Shown in pieces: positions 13,251 to 25,670 of a DNA stretch of 64,000 nucleotides. The position numbers and the translations under genes are program-made. Numbering within the stretch: the stretch's first letter is position 1; each line of letters begins with the position of its first letter. The notes below the pieces were generated by a model. It was given only the letters and a program-made list of their open reading frames with translations, did not search any database and was not told the DNA's origin. Origin of the DNA: Geosiphon pyriformis uo1 (Eukaryota; Fungi; Glomeromycota); contig JAAOMT010000519.1 in assembly GCA_016748015.1 (NCBI GenBank), positions 57,906-121,905 on the forward strand, written 5' to 3'.

Positions 13251-16081
13251 ATATTACTACAATTCATTAAATACATAGATATTGATAAAAGCAAGGCAGT
13301 TTTTGCTCTTTTCTTAGCTTTTGGAATTCGTTAATAGATTTCCAACTTGGAACCCAAAAGCATGTTAGAAAAAGACGTAGAAATTTTAGTAAATTTTTGA
13401 AATAATGGTTCTAGCCTGTGATTAGGTATGGCATTGCTTTCGAACAATGTGATACATTTCTCCAGGCTACCATCAAATTTTTAGCAGAAATGATATTCTC
13501 ACTTTTGAGGAATTTGGTGAAATTCTACCAAGCAAAACATGGTAAAACCATTTGTAATGTAAATGATTTTATGCTTAAATTAATATTTTCAAAAAAAAAT
13601 CCATAGATTAAACAACTATTTCAAATTAATAAATAATTGAAGCCAACCGTCTGCTACAAGAAATTGTTGGTTGGCGTCATAAATTCAACGATTTCTTGAT
13701 TCTAGCCAATAAAGTATAAATTGCATGGCGTACCTTGATTTCTGTTATGTCATATTGTAAACCTTTTTCAAATTTTATCTAGGCAAACAGGTTAGTATGA
13801 GGATATTTTAAAATCGTGAAGCGCCTTCTAAAATTACTTTTGGTACTAGAAATATAAATTTACCCAGTTTATTAAATTTAATGATTATGATTCATACTAA
13901 AAAAAAAATTAGTTTTTAGAAATAAGCGATGTTTTTGAAACTATGAAAAGTAATCAATTATTATTTAAGATACCAAAAAATTGAAAACTGAAAAAATTGT
14001 GATGTGCAACGTTAAGAAATGAAAATTATTTCATATTTAAAAAGACTAGTGTTACAACTTTCCACATCATTTTGAATAGGTTTAAAAAAATTCGAAATTT
14101 TTTTTTAAAAAAAAATACAAATATGAAATTTTTAGAACATTATTTTATCTAATACAAATTTAAAATTATTAATTAATAGTACTTTTTTTAGAATCATGAA
14201 TTTTACAACTTTTATAATAATAATAATAATAATAATAATATAATTGTAATAAATAAATTTTTGGAATAATATCAGATTATAAAAAAAAGTCAATTATGAT
14301 TTCATAAATAAGTTTTTTTCATTTAAAAATTGTTATTGTACTGATTATATTTTTGGCAACTTATTTATTTTTTTATCTTAATGCAATACAATATAAAAAT
14401 AAGTACTGCGCACAATATTTTTATTAAATCATTATCTTTTTTAAAATCAAATAATTATACATTGTTTTTTATGATGATTTTTGCTACAAAAAGCCAAAAA
14501 TTCAAAGCAATTGTTATTTTTTGAGAAATTGACCAATTGCAATTGGTATTTTAATTTTTATTTTGATTTACTTTTGTCTTAATTTAATTTGCTTTTAACA
14601 ATATTTTACAATTTTTTAATAGAATTTAAATCAAAATTGTTAAATTTTCAACCTATAATTTAGTTAAATTTTTTTTGAACTAAGTTTAACAAAGTAGTTT
14701 ATATGCTTAAATAATTTTATTTGTTCAAATTACTCTTTTTTACATAAAATTTGGTATTTATGATTTATGAAAAACAAAATAAATCTGTTTTTTTATTCAA
14801 TATTGAACATAATAAAACTATTTTGTTTTCGAAAAATATCTTCATATTCTTGTTTGATTTTTTTTTGGCTTAAAATTAAATATTTTTGTGTTTTTTTATT
14901 ATTAAAAATAAGTTGTTTTTTATTTTGGTTAGTTAAACTAAAAAAAAAAGATTTTTAATGGATAAAATTTTACATTTTTTGTTTTCTATTATATATGTTA
15001 AGTACTTAATTTTTAATAAGTGTTTGTTTAACAATTTTTGCTTTTGTGATTAAGAATATCATTTTTAAATTTCAACAATTTGAACTAGTTGAAATTCAAG
15101 TTAGCTACGGAATTATAACTATTCTTTCTTTTTAAAAGCCAAAACTATTTGTTTTGTGTTATAATCAGCTAAAAAATTTTATTTCTAATAATATAAATTT
15201 GTTTCAAAAATTTTTTACATTTTTTCAAACCAAAGTTATCTTCCAAGCTGGTTTTTTTATTGTAAATACATAATTTTTGGATATTTAAATTTTTTTTAAA
15301 GCAAAAACAAAAAGTCAATAATATTGAAACCATTTCAAATTATTAAACATTGTAAGAGATTATAAATTTTATGAAATTTATCATGAAATCTATGAATATG
15401 CTTGTGAAAACTTTACATATTCTACAAAAATAAAACAAATAAGAGATTAACGCAAATATATTTGTTTATTAATTTTTATTAATATTTCGATTATATTAAA
15501 TATAAAAGTTTAAATTTTACTATTAAGTTAATTATTAAGTTTATAAAAATAATTATAATATTGTATTAATTATACAGGTAACCGGGAACGCGGGCTTGAA
15601 ATTCTTACCAAAATTAAAAATATCAATGCTTAAAGTTTTGATTTTAGGAACAAATTCTGCTGCTTGATCATTAGTATGTCCAAATATAATGAATTATTCA
15701 TTTTCCAACATAGAATGATTATCGGGCGAGACTTGTGGCTTGTATAATGTGAGAAGTTTATGTAAAGCCGTGAACATATCTGTAAGCGAGGGTCGCAACC
15801 TCGGCTCATGCCTAGTACCTAGTTATAATTGAACAAAGATATGCAATGTTTTAGACAGTAAAGGATATCTTATAAAAATCAAAACCTTTTTATTCACCTC
15901 CCCTAGATATTTGTTGCCAATCTAGGGGAACACTTGCGCTGAATGGAAGTGATTGAATTTTAAGAGCTTCTTCACATACCTCTCTTTTAAATCTGGAATC
16001 TGTTCTTCGATAATCTCCCATAGCAATATGCCAAAACTATGAAAATAATTAGGCTAAAGCATTCAATTTGGGTTTGAAATA

Positions 16082-18369
16082 CAGTCAGACCTCTATAAAA
16101 GAATACAGTTGGGACATGCAAATTATGGTCCATTTTAGAGGTGTTCTATTATAGAGTTTTATAATTATTATCAAATAAACTATATTTATTTATTAAATCA
16201 ATCAATTATTATTATTATTATTATTGTTAAAATATTGATTAATTGTTACCTGTTTTTTAGAATTTTCCTTCATTTTTTCGTATTCATATAATTTTTTTCT
16301 AAGTAAATTTTGATTTTCTATACTAAAATTTTCTTCTGCTAATTGCTCTTCAAATCTAATTACCTTTTTTAATGCTTTATATGCTTCCGTAATTGTAATT
16401 ATAGCAGGTGGAGATTCTTTTAATTCTTCTTCTGAGTCATTAATTGTATTGGTTTCAATTTGAGCATCGGCTAAAACCATATCTACAATTTCATTATCAT
16501 CAAGAATATTTTCAGTTGCCAATAATTCATCAACTGCTACAGTATAATCTTCGAGATTTTTGACCAATTGTTGTGCATTTGATGGTAAATTGTTGAATAT
16601 ATCCATAGCAATTGATGTTTCGGATTCTTGAATTTCTAATTCTTGATTATAGAAAAGAATATCCGTTTTTTGTCAACAGTTTTGAATTGTAACAGGTGTT
16701 ACTTGAAACGATGATTGAACAACATAATCAATTGCTTGTTTTATGTTTAATTTATTTCTAAAAAATAAATTAATATTAGATAAAATTATATAATATATAA
16801 CGATAATAATACTGTATATATTATATTACTTTACTGTTCAATATTAATTTTTTGTTCAAATTGATGTAAAACATGTTGACATTTAAGTGCTTATATTTGC
16901 CTTTGAAAGATTTAATAATGCCAGCATCCATTGGTTGAAGATGTGATGTAGTATTTGGAGGAAAATAGTGCAAAGTAATATTGGTCAATTGGAATGAATC
17001 TTCCCCGATTTGAGTATGATGAGAAGTTGCATTATCAACCAAAAGTAATATATGCCGATTTTTAATTCGAAAGCCTTCATTTATATATTTGAGCCATGCT
17101 TTCCATATATCTGAGCGCATCCATGCTTTGGAATTGAATTTGTAAATCACAGGTAGGTTGGACGTATTAATTTCTTTAAAGCATCTTGGATTTTTTGCAT
17201 GTCCAATTACTAAAGGTTGCAATTTCTGAGGTCCAGTTGAATTTGTAGCAAGAAGAATTGTAATCCAAGATTTATCCTATAAAAAACCCAATTAATTTAA
17301 TATAACAATAATATATAACGATAACAATTGGGAAATATAATATACCAATTTTTTTCCTGCATTTCGACATTTTGCAAGTGTTTGATTTGGTCCCATACGA
17401 AAAAATAATCCTGTTTCATCAGCATTATATATGTCAGCAGGATCAAATTCGGATATAATGGTTTTTAATTTTCTTCGTTCTTCTGGTAAACTTTCAGTTG
17501 ATACACTTCCTGCCTCACCATGAAATCGGTAAACACGTAATTGGTTTCGTTTTTTGAATTTTTGAACCATCCATTTGAGAATTGCATTTCATTTTCGTGC
17601 ATATCAAGAAGTTTGGCAAATTCTTTTCCTTTTTCTTTAATTAGTTGATCATTGAATTCGATAGTGGCTGCAGTTACTTGTTCTACCCAATAACTTAAAG
17701 CTTGGTCTAATAATGGAAATCTAACGCTTTTGTGTCGAATAGATCTTTCTGAGATTTCATCAATTTCAATATTCAACCACTTTGCATGCTCTTTGATTAT
17801 CTTGGACAGTTGGACGAGAAATATGAAGTTCTAGATATTTATGATTAAAGTAAGCTACAATATCATCATGTTTCGTGCCATAGTGATTTTTGGAATATTG
17901 ACAAATTTCTTTATGAAGATCATCATTGACTATTGCTCGTTTTTGTTTTTTGAATAAAGGTTCCCGACATTGTGATAATTTAGCAAGTCTGTTAGAAAAT
18001 GTGCCCATAATGATAATATTAGATTTGGTTTTAACAAGTCTGAATAAGGGCTAAGTGGCTGTACGTAAAAACAAACAAGATCAAAAAGAGTAAGTCCAAT
18101 GTAAATCGATTTAAAAGAAAGTTAGGATGAAATCAATTCAATACGTTCTAACTCTTTTCCCAATTACCAATTAACATCTAGCACGTGATATTTGTTCTTA
18201 TATGAAGGTAAATTTCGAATAAACGTTCGATAAAATTATGTTCTTGTTCCTTTATAGATTGTTCTTATATAAAGGGAAAATTGTTTAATTAATCAATTGG
18301 TTCTATAAAAAAATGTTCTTTCTAAGAGGTTGTTCTTTTATCGAGGGTTCTTTTATGGAGGTCTGACTG
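16082..18369 (-). mobile_element. Tc1/mariner superfamily, pogo/Tigger-like DNA transposon (2288 bp) with defective transposase
   Basis: 22-bp TIRs CAGTCAGACCTC(T/C)ATAAAAGAA (16082-16103 and 18348-18369, one mismatch); TA target duplication at 16080-81 and 18370-71; internal CENP-B HTH plus DDE_1 coding remnants. Confidence 0.95.
16202..18008 (-). pseudogene. pogo/Tigger (CENP-B-like) DDE transposase, frameshifted, with two introns
   Basis: FSNGW..F, RFHGEAG, IYNADETGLF, NSKAWM, LLLVDNATSH, PPNTTSHLQPMDAGIIKSFK, TIQNC*QKTDIL, terminal KQVTINQYF; split over several frames. Confidence 0.9.
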
Positions 18370-21300
18370 TATAACCAATCTTTAATATATATTTATATAT
18401 ATATATACCTATAAATTTCACGTTTGGTATCGTATAAAGTTTCATGCTCTTTTAGTTTCTCAGGGGTCATATATCGAGCGTTTGCTAAGATTGGTCCTAT
18501 TGCTAAAGTTTGATCATCATAATTACGACTAATGGAGGGATGAAAAATATTTAGCTTTTCCAATGAGGTTTTTTACTAATAAATATAATCATACTATAAC
18601 TTAGCAATTTTAGCTGCATGATATTGATCTACGAGAATATTTTGACTTCTAATATCATGATGTAAAATGGAAGGAAAGTCAAGCCACGAACAATTTCTTT
18701 CGCAATTTGACTTCGACTAAGCCAATCGATTGGTCCGTAGTTTTCATAATATTCTGTCAAAGTACCGAATTCTGCCCATTCCGTGATCATTAAAAAAGCA
18801 TTTTCATCTGCCGATACGCCATAGAACTGTATGATATGTGGACAATTCTTCAAGATAGCCACCCTACTCATTAAATTCTCCTCATATGCTCCAAGCATGG
18901 CTAAAACTACTTCAAAATTTTCTGTAATTTTTTGGTTGGTATCTGTGATACCTCCTTCAATCTTTCTTAAGTACTATTGGCTTAAACGCAATTAATTATT
19001 TATGAAAGAAATAAGTTCTTATTTGATAAAAATTTTCTTTAACTTACATCGTTTAAATCGGCAATATCACGCTTAATAATCTTTTTACTTTGTTCCAATA
19101 GACTTTGGATTTGAAGCGTTGTTGCAAATTTAAGAGTCCTAATTAAATCATCGAAATCTTGAGTCAGACTTTTGAATTCATCTTCGATGCTATACGCCTT
19201 TAAAAATTTGCGCAACCCTTTTAATAATATTCCAATATGAGAATGTAAAAAAGCATGAAAGTTAGCTTGGAGAATCCTAATGATTAATATAATTCTTGAA
19301 ATATTTATAAAATTAAAAACGGCACATACCATGAACGTTTGATACTTTTTTTAATAAATTTTTCAATCTTCCTTATAAGCATGAGTAATTTGGTAAAATT
19401 TTTGTAATACTCTTTTTCCCGCAAATTTTCCTTGTCAGTTATCATATCTTCTATAGCAAATTCAACTATCCTTACACGCTCTAATAATAATCTACAGATT
19501 TTTTTATTGTGTTACGCAGTTTGATACAATTCGGCGATACTGCGAATCAAGTTCGTCGCATCATTTATCAAAGGAATGAAAGGTGCTATAACATCTATCA
19601 TATTCGAAGTTCTCTTTAATGCATTACAGATGTCGTTTGCTGTTTTAGAGCAACCCAGATTGAATTGCAACGATGCCACAAGTTTATTGTAAGCATTTCC
19701 CTTTTGTAAAAATCGGTTCCCAGAGGATGATTCGTCAGGAATACTTGGATTAATACTTAATCTTTCCACTTCTTGAAATTTAATTCGAGAAATCTCTTCA
19801 AATTTTTTTTTGACATCAATAATCGCTGGACGTTCTATTAGTATTTGAATAAAATAACTTCAACGTAAACTACACCGAAACAAAAAGTTTCGATATTCAA
19901 GGAATTTAAGTCTACCATCGATGTTGCCTGAACAACATTTTTCATAAAGCCGAACGTATGAAATATTTCTAAAGATTTCTACACGACTTTCTCTTGTCCC
20001 GTTTAAAATTCTAATGGGTAATGTGGGGTCTCTCAAACAACTCTCAAATTGTGGACAACTGCTTGCAATTTCCCATAACAAAACACCCAAAGAATAAATA
20101 TCGGATGCTGCGGTATATCTATATTCCCTATCCTCCCAACGAACTGGCTCTATATACTGAATGATTATAAAGATATTGGATGATGATGATATTGTATCGT
20201 CTTCTAACTTTGATAGCCCAAAATTGCCTTCTCATTGTGTATGAGAACATTTTTCGAGTGCTTAAAATATAAAAAATATCGTTGAATTATAATTGAGATC
20301 GTTTCAGTTTATAAATAAAGCAACTCACTAAATCCCTATGCATTATATTGTTCTCATGCAAATATGCTATGGTCTCGACTGTATTTTTGGCCAGCTCAAG
20401 CTTTTCACTAGTCAAAAGCAATTCAAAACTATTCTTCAAGTAATCGCGAAGTGTCCCTCCAATATACCTATTGTAATACAAGAATGTAATCTCCGTTATG
20501 GCTTAGAGCGAGGTATTATTCGATTTTTTTTATTGTCGAGACAGACAAAAATAGCTAAAAGAAAAGTTGTTTTCCAAACCTCTTGTCAAACCGAAAAATT
20601 GCGTGATATATGTGCTTTCTTTGTTACTTAGTCTGCATAAAATTTTTACCTTTTGATAGAAGATTTATTTAGAAATCCAATTAAACTTATTAAGTTAGAA
20701 AAATGAAATATTTTCTCTGAATAATAACTCACGCTTCAAGTTTCTTTGATCTTTGGGTGAATTGAGCGGGCTTGTAGATTCTTTTCAACGCAACTCTTAT
20801 ATCTTTTGTTTTTCAAGTACAATATGAAACCTCACCAGAGCTGCCATACCCAATATGAGTAAGCTCCAGAAATTCCTAAAAATTTATATTTAATTTTGGA
20901 TTAATAATGGCTTCCATCGCTTCAAGCAAAAAACTACCCGAAAATTTACATTTAAATGTAAATAATAATATGTTTAATCCATTTTTTAATTCTTATGTAA
21001 TTTATATAAAATAATAGTTATAAAACAAAGAAAAACTCTTGATCAATCTTAAGAAATGCTTTTCTCTGATCTTTAAATTAAAGTATTATCACAATCTAAT
21101 GATTTTTTTTAAAATATGTAACCATACAAAATTTAAAAGCTAATTTTAATGATAACGACAGATTTATTGAAATAGTTTTCATAAGAAAACATCATAAAAT
21201 AACAAAAAGATAAAGATTAAGATGTATAACAACAGCAAAATATTTATTGTTTTGACTTGTCACATAAACGTAGTACTTTTTGTAAAATTTTAACTTACTC

Positions 21301-22841
21301 TCTTTTTTGAATCAATAATTTTTTATTTAATAACATTTACTGATAGATTAACAATAAAATTATATCAAAAATTTATGATATAATTTTAACAAAAACCATA
21401 ATTTTTTATTATTTAATTTAAAATAAAACCGAATATATAGTAAATGATTATTGATTTGTGAAAATATAATTATAAAAAATTTATAGAATGATGAAAATAA
21501 AATAATTTTTGTAATAAATTTTTAAAAAAGTATTATAAACTTTTTTGAACTTTTAAACAAATTAAATTAAATTAAAATTTTATATTTTTAATTATTTAAT
21601 TTCATTTATATATTTAATAAACTTGTTATTTCTTTTAGCCAATTCATAGTTTAACTTTTAAAATTTTCCTAAGTTTAAAGTATTAATTTCTAATTAATAT
21701 TAATAATATGTATTTTAATTATCCAAATTTTCAGGATTTTATTAATAATTTAAATATTATTTTCAGATTCAAACATTTTAAATATTCAAAAAATAATAAA
21801 AAAATTTAATAATTTTGATATACTGTATTTAAAATACTTTTTAAGATAATAACAAATTAAATTTATTTAAAGAAATATTAAAACATTATTTTGTATATAT
21901 ATATATATATATATATCACATTTTTTTAACTGAATTAAAAAAGATTAAAACTATTCTTTTAAATTTTTTATTTACTAAAGACTTCTTTTTTTTTTTTTTA
22001 ATAAAACTTCTTATTATAATTGAAGTCTCGGGTATAAATTTAATATTTATTTAAAATTGAAAGATACGAAATACTAAGATTTATTATCAGATAAGTCGAC
22101 CCATACTTGAATTAATTTTCTATAAGTTGGGAAGGGTTCAAAAAATTCATACTTTCTAAGGGAACGCCGAAAGATGATATTTTTATTTGCAGAAATTAAT
22201 TTCTATTTACAATCCACAAATTTCTTTAATCCAATTTTTTACACTAATCCCAATGGATCAGTTACATTTTTTCCCGTAAAAAGAAAAATAAATAATTAAG
22301 TAAATGAAAAATTAAAAAAGTCAACAATAACAACAAATATGTCAAGAGTTTGGCATTTATTTAACTATGATAAAAGCCAAGATACGATTTTATATTGAGT
22401 TAAAAAGAATTTGTCAGTTATTTGAATATTTATTAGTGTGTGAATTTTCCCATTTATAACCTTCAGATTTTAAAATTTTTATATCTATATAAATATTTAT
22501 TAAAAATAAATTTTGGTCTGACAGATTTTATAACATTTATAAAAAAAAAAACAAATTGTAATAAAGTTATCTTCAAATGATATTATAACAAAATATTTTG
22601 ACCTTCTTTCGAAATTTTAGATGCCTCGTGAAATTTTTTTCTGGTTATTGAGCGTTCGGTGAAAGTTTTGAGTTTAAGCCATCTAGAGCCTGATTTAAAA
22701 CAGGTAACAAATGAAGCTGGTATAGGCTGATTGGGAATGTTTAATAAATAATCCATTTTGATGGGTTGTTGTTTAGTTTATAACTCTTTTTATAGAATTC
22801 TATCGGGGAATTTTTTCAAAATATAATAACATCATTGCAGA

Positions 22842-22861
22842 ATGACGACGACAACGACAAC

Positions 22862-22897
<36 letters not shown>

Positions 22898-23970
22898 AAT
22901 GATGATAATGATGAAAATAATAATGATTTATAAGGACACAAATGACCTTGCCCGATTTCAAATCACGAAAAAACATAAATTATCGATCAACGGTTGGGAA
23001 AATTCAAGTTCGCATATCAATTATCAAATTTATCTTGATTCGGTTGCGCTAGTAAATAAATGGGTTTTTATGAGCAAAGAAAAGAAAAGAAAAGAAAATA
23101 AAATAAAATAAAATAAAAGAAAAGAAAAGAAATTTTTAAGTTGTCAATTAAATTATTTGATTTTCACTCTTAAACAAAACTTGAATGGTTTAAAATTTGA
23201 TAATGTAATAATATTTTTTCATTTCACTTAAGTTTTACAAGTAAAAACATAATATGTCTCTCATGAATAATAAATTACAACCACTTTATACGCATGTCAT
23301 GCAAATATATTTATTATATATTACTCTTAAATTTTCATTTCAAATCATAAAAGGTGAAGATTTTTTTCTTATTTTCCAAGATTTAAATTAATAAGTTGTA
23401 ATCTATCTTTAGATTTTTATATTCAACTTATTAATTTTTGTGACTATATTTTTACATATTAATATTTTTATTCAATATTTAAATATTACATAGATAAATG
23501 GGTTTAGAAAGTTCAACTGGTATGAAGAGAGATTTCTTATTTCCTGTTTTTTTTTTTATATATGGAAAAAGATTTCAATTTTAAAAGAACCAAAAAAAAA
23601 GTACACTTTTTATATCGGTTTACGACGAGGATTCGAAAAAAGTAGTAGTTTGTTAGAAATGATTTCATGATATACAGTTGGAAGAAAAAATTTAAAAAAA
23701 TTATTTGATGATTTAAATTATATTACTAATGATAGTGGTCATTGTGTAATGTATGATAAGATTTAAGAAATCAAAAAATTTCTTTGGTTAAATTAAAGTT
23801 TTTACAGCCTCCAAAGATAATTTGATGATTAAAATTATTTTTTTCAAAAGAAACAAAATATCATACCACATTCAAGAATTTATTATTCATATATTGAGAA
23901 TTTTTGAAAGAGAGAAAAGAGGTTATTATATTTGAAATAAATTTGTTGAATGAATGATTGAATGAATGAA

Positions 23971-24021
<51 letters not shown>

Positions 24022-24623
24022 AAATTATAATTATAAACTTCGAAAAACCATGTAATTTTAATAAAGATTCTCGAAACTTTTTCATAATTTAAATATGATG
24101 CATAGATTTAATTTCCTAAAGAAATATTAAAAATCAGACATCTGGGCTGAATCTGTGAGATTCATTAAAAAAAAAAGCATTGTGCACAAAAATAGTCAAA
24201 GTTAACTTAAAAAATTTTTAGTTTTTATCTATCTAGTTATGGTAATCAATCTTCAACCGCCCAAGTTTTTTTTTTTTTTTAAAATAATCATCATCATCAT
24301 CATCATCATCATCAGTTGAAAAAAAAAACATATGGTAACACAGATTTTGCATATCGGTTATATATCCAAATTCAAAAGGCCCATTTAAAATTCCTTTTTT
24401 AAAAAATCAAATGAAACACGTCCATCTCTTTAATGGTAAAACTCTTGATAAAAATAGATCACTTTGTATTTTTGAAGATTAATAAGCTTTTACCTAGTTT
24501 TTATACAATTAAACTTTAATAAAAAATTTTTTTTTAAACCCGCTCCAAAAAAAAAAATTTGTATTCAAATCTGGATGGAAAATAAAATCAAGAATAGAAT
24601 TGTTCTCAAATATTTTAATTCGG

Positions 24624-24667
<44 letters not shown>

Positions 24668-25615
24668 CAAAGAGTAATTAAAAATCACTTCAATTTTTCT
24701 ATTGTTTCCTCTATTTTTAATTCTAATTATTTACATCGATTAAATATTTGTCTTTTGTTTTCTTTTTTCTTTTGTTACTAAAGTTTGAAACAAAATTTTC
24801 AAAATATTTATGTCTATTATTTTCTTATCATACCTTTTAAAGACTATTGTACTCATCTATAAATGAAAAAACTTTGGATAAATTTCTTATATGGGCTAAT
24901 AAACAAAATATAAAGTATAAAAATTTGTCAATCATTAAAATCTTTTTTTTTAAAACAGTTCAATGATCGAAAAAAGAAAAGCAAACTAGATTACGGAAAA
25001 TTTTTCTCCCCAATTATAGATATAAATTTTAAAAATTTTTGAATCTCAATAGCTGGGAAAAAAGAAACTCCGTAATAAAGAGAAAATGACACAGAAAGCC
25101 TATTTATCAACAGCTCATTAATTAATCCTAATATATTTTTTTTAATAATAATAATAAAGTTGACGTTTCTTTTCGTTGACTATTGTTACATTTGGGTCAA
25201 AAATGAGATAATTGGTTAAATGAAATTTTAAATTTTGATAAAATAACTAATTGGAAGACTTTAAGAAGGATTTAGAGTCACCAATAATAATTATCCCTTT
25301 CACCATCTCTCTCTCTCTCTGATTCTGCTTCTGCTTCTGCTTATACTCACACCTGAATCGGTATTTTAAATATTCGAATCTTGATTCAGATGAATAGTTT
25401 ATCACCATGAATCAGGCATGTTATACATTGATTTTGAGTTTTTCATTGTATGATTGTAAAGATTGCGGAGAAACCTTTAATAATTTTTAGAAAAAATTTA
25501 TTCTTTCTAGAATTTCCCCTCCGTTAATGCGTTGATAATTAAAAAGGACTCGATTCTATTCAAGATTTACACTATTTGATTTTTTTTTTCCCATTTTTTA
25601 AATGTCAGTAGTATA

Positions 25616-25670
<55 letters not shown>

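Larger units (their letters stand above)
15694..20917 (-). pseudogene. Disrupted TKL-type kinase + MLKL-N-like helical bundle + (pseudo)kinase gene, interrupted by a pogo transposon
   Basis: From ATG 20917: IGYGSSGEV, VALKR, HRDL|HSKNVL, SDIYSLGVLLWEI, ERP. Then PFIPLINDATNLIRSIAELYQTA*HNKKICRLLLERV...LRKFLKAYSIEDEFKSLTQDFD. Then HIIQFYG, ITEWAEFGTL, HHDIRSQNIL, YMTPEKL, EIYS|FGILLWEI, RPSLTDM. Several in-frame stops, frameshifts and deletions. Confidence 0.85.

Noticed and set aside
18190-18361. CRISPR-like spaced repeats
   Set aside because: Eukaryotic context, irregular short spacing, and explained as transposon subterminal repeats.
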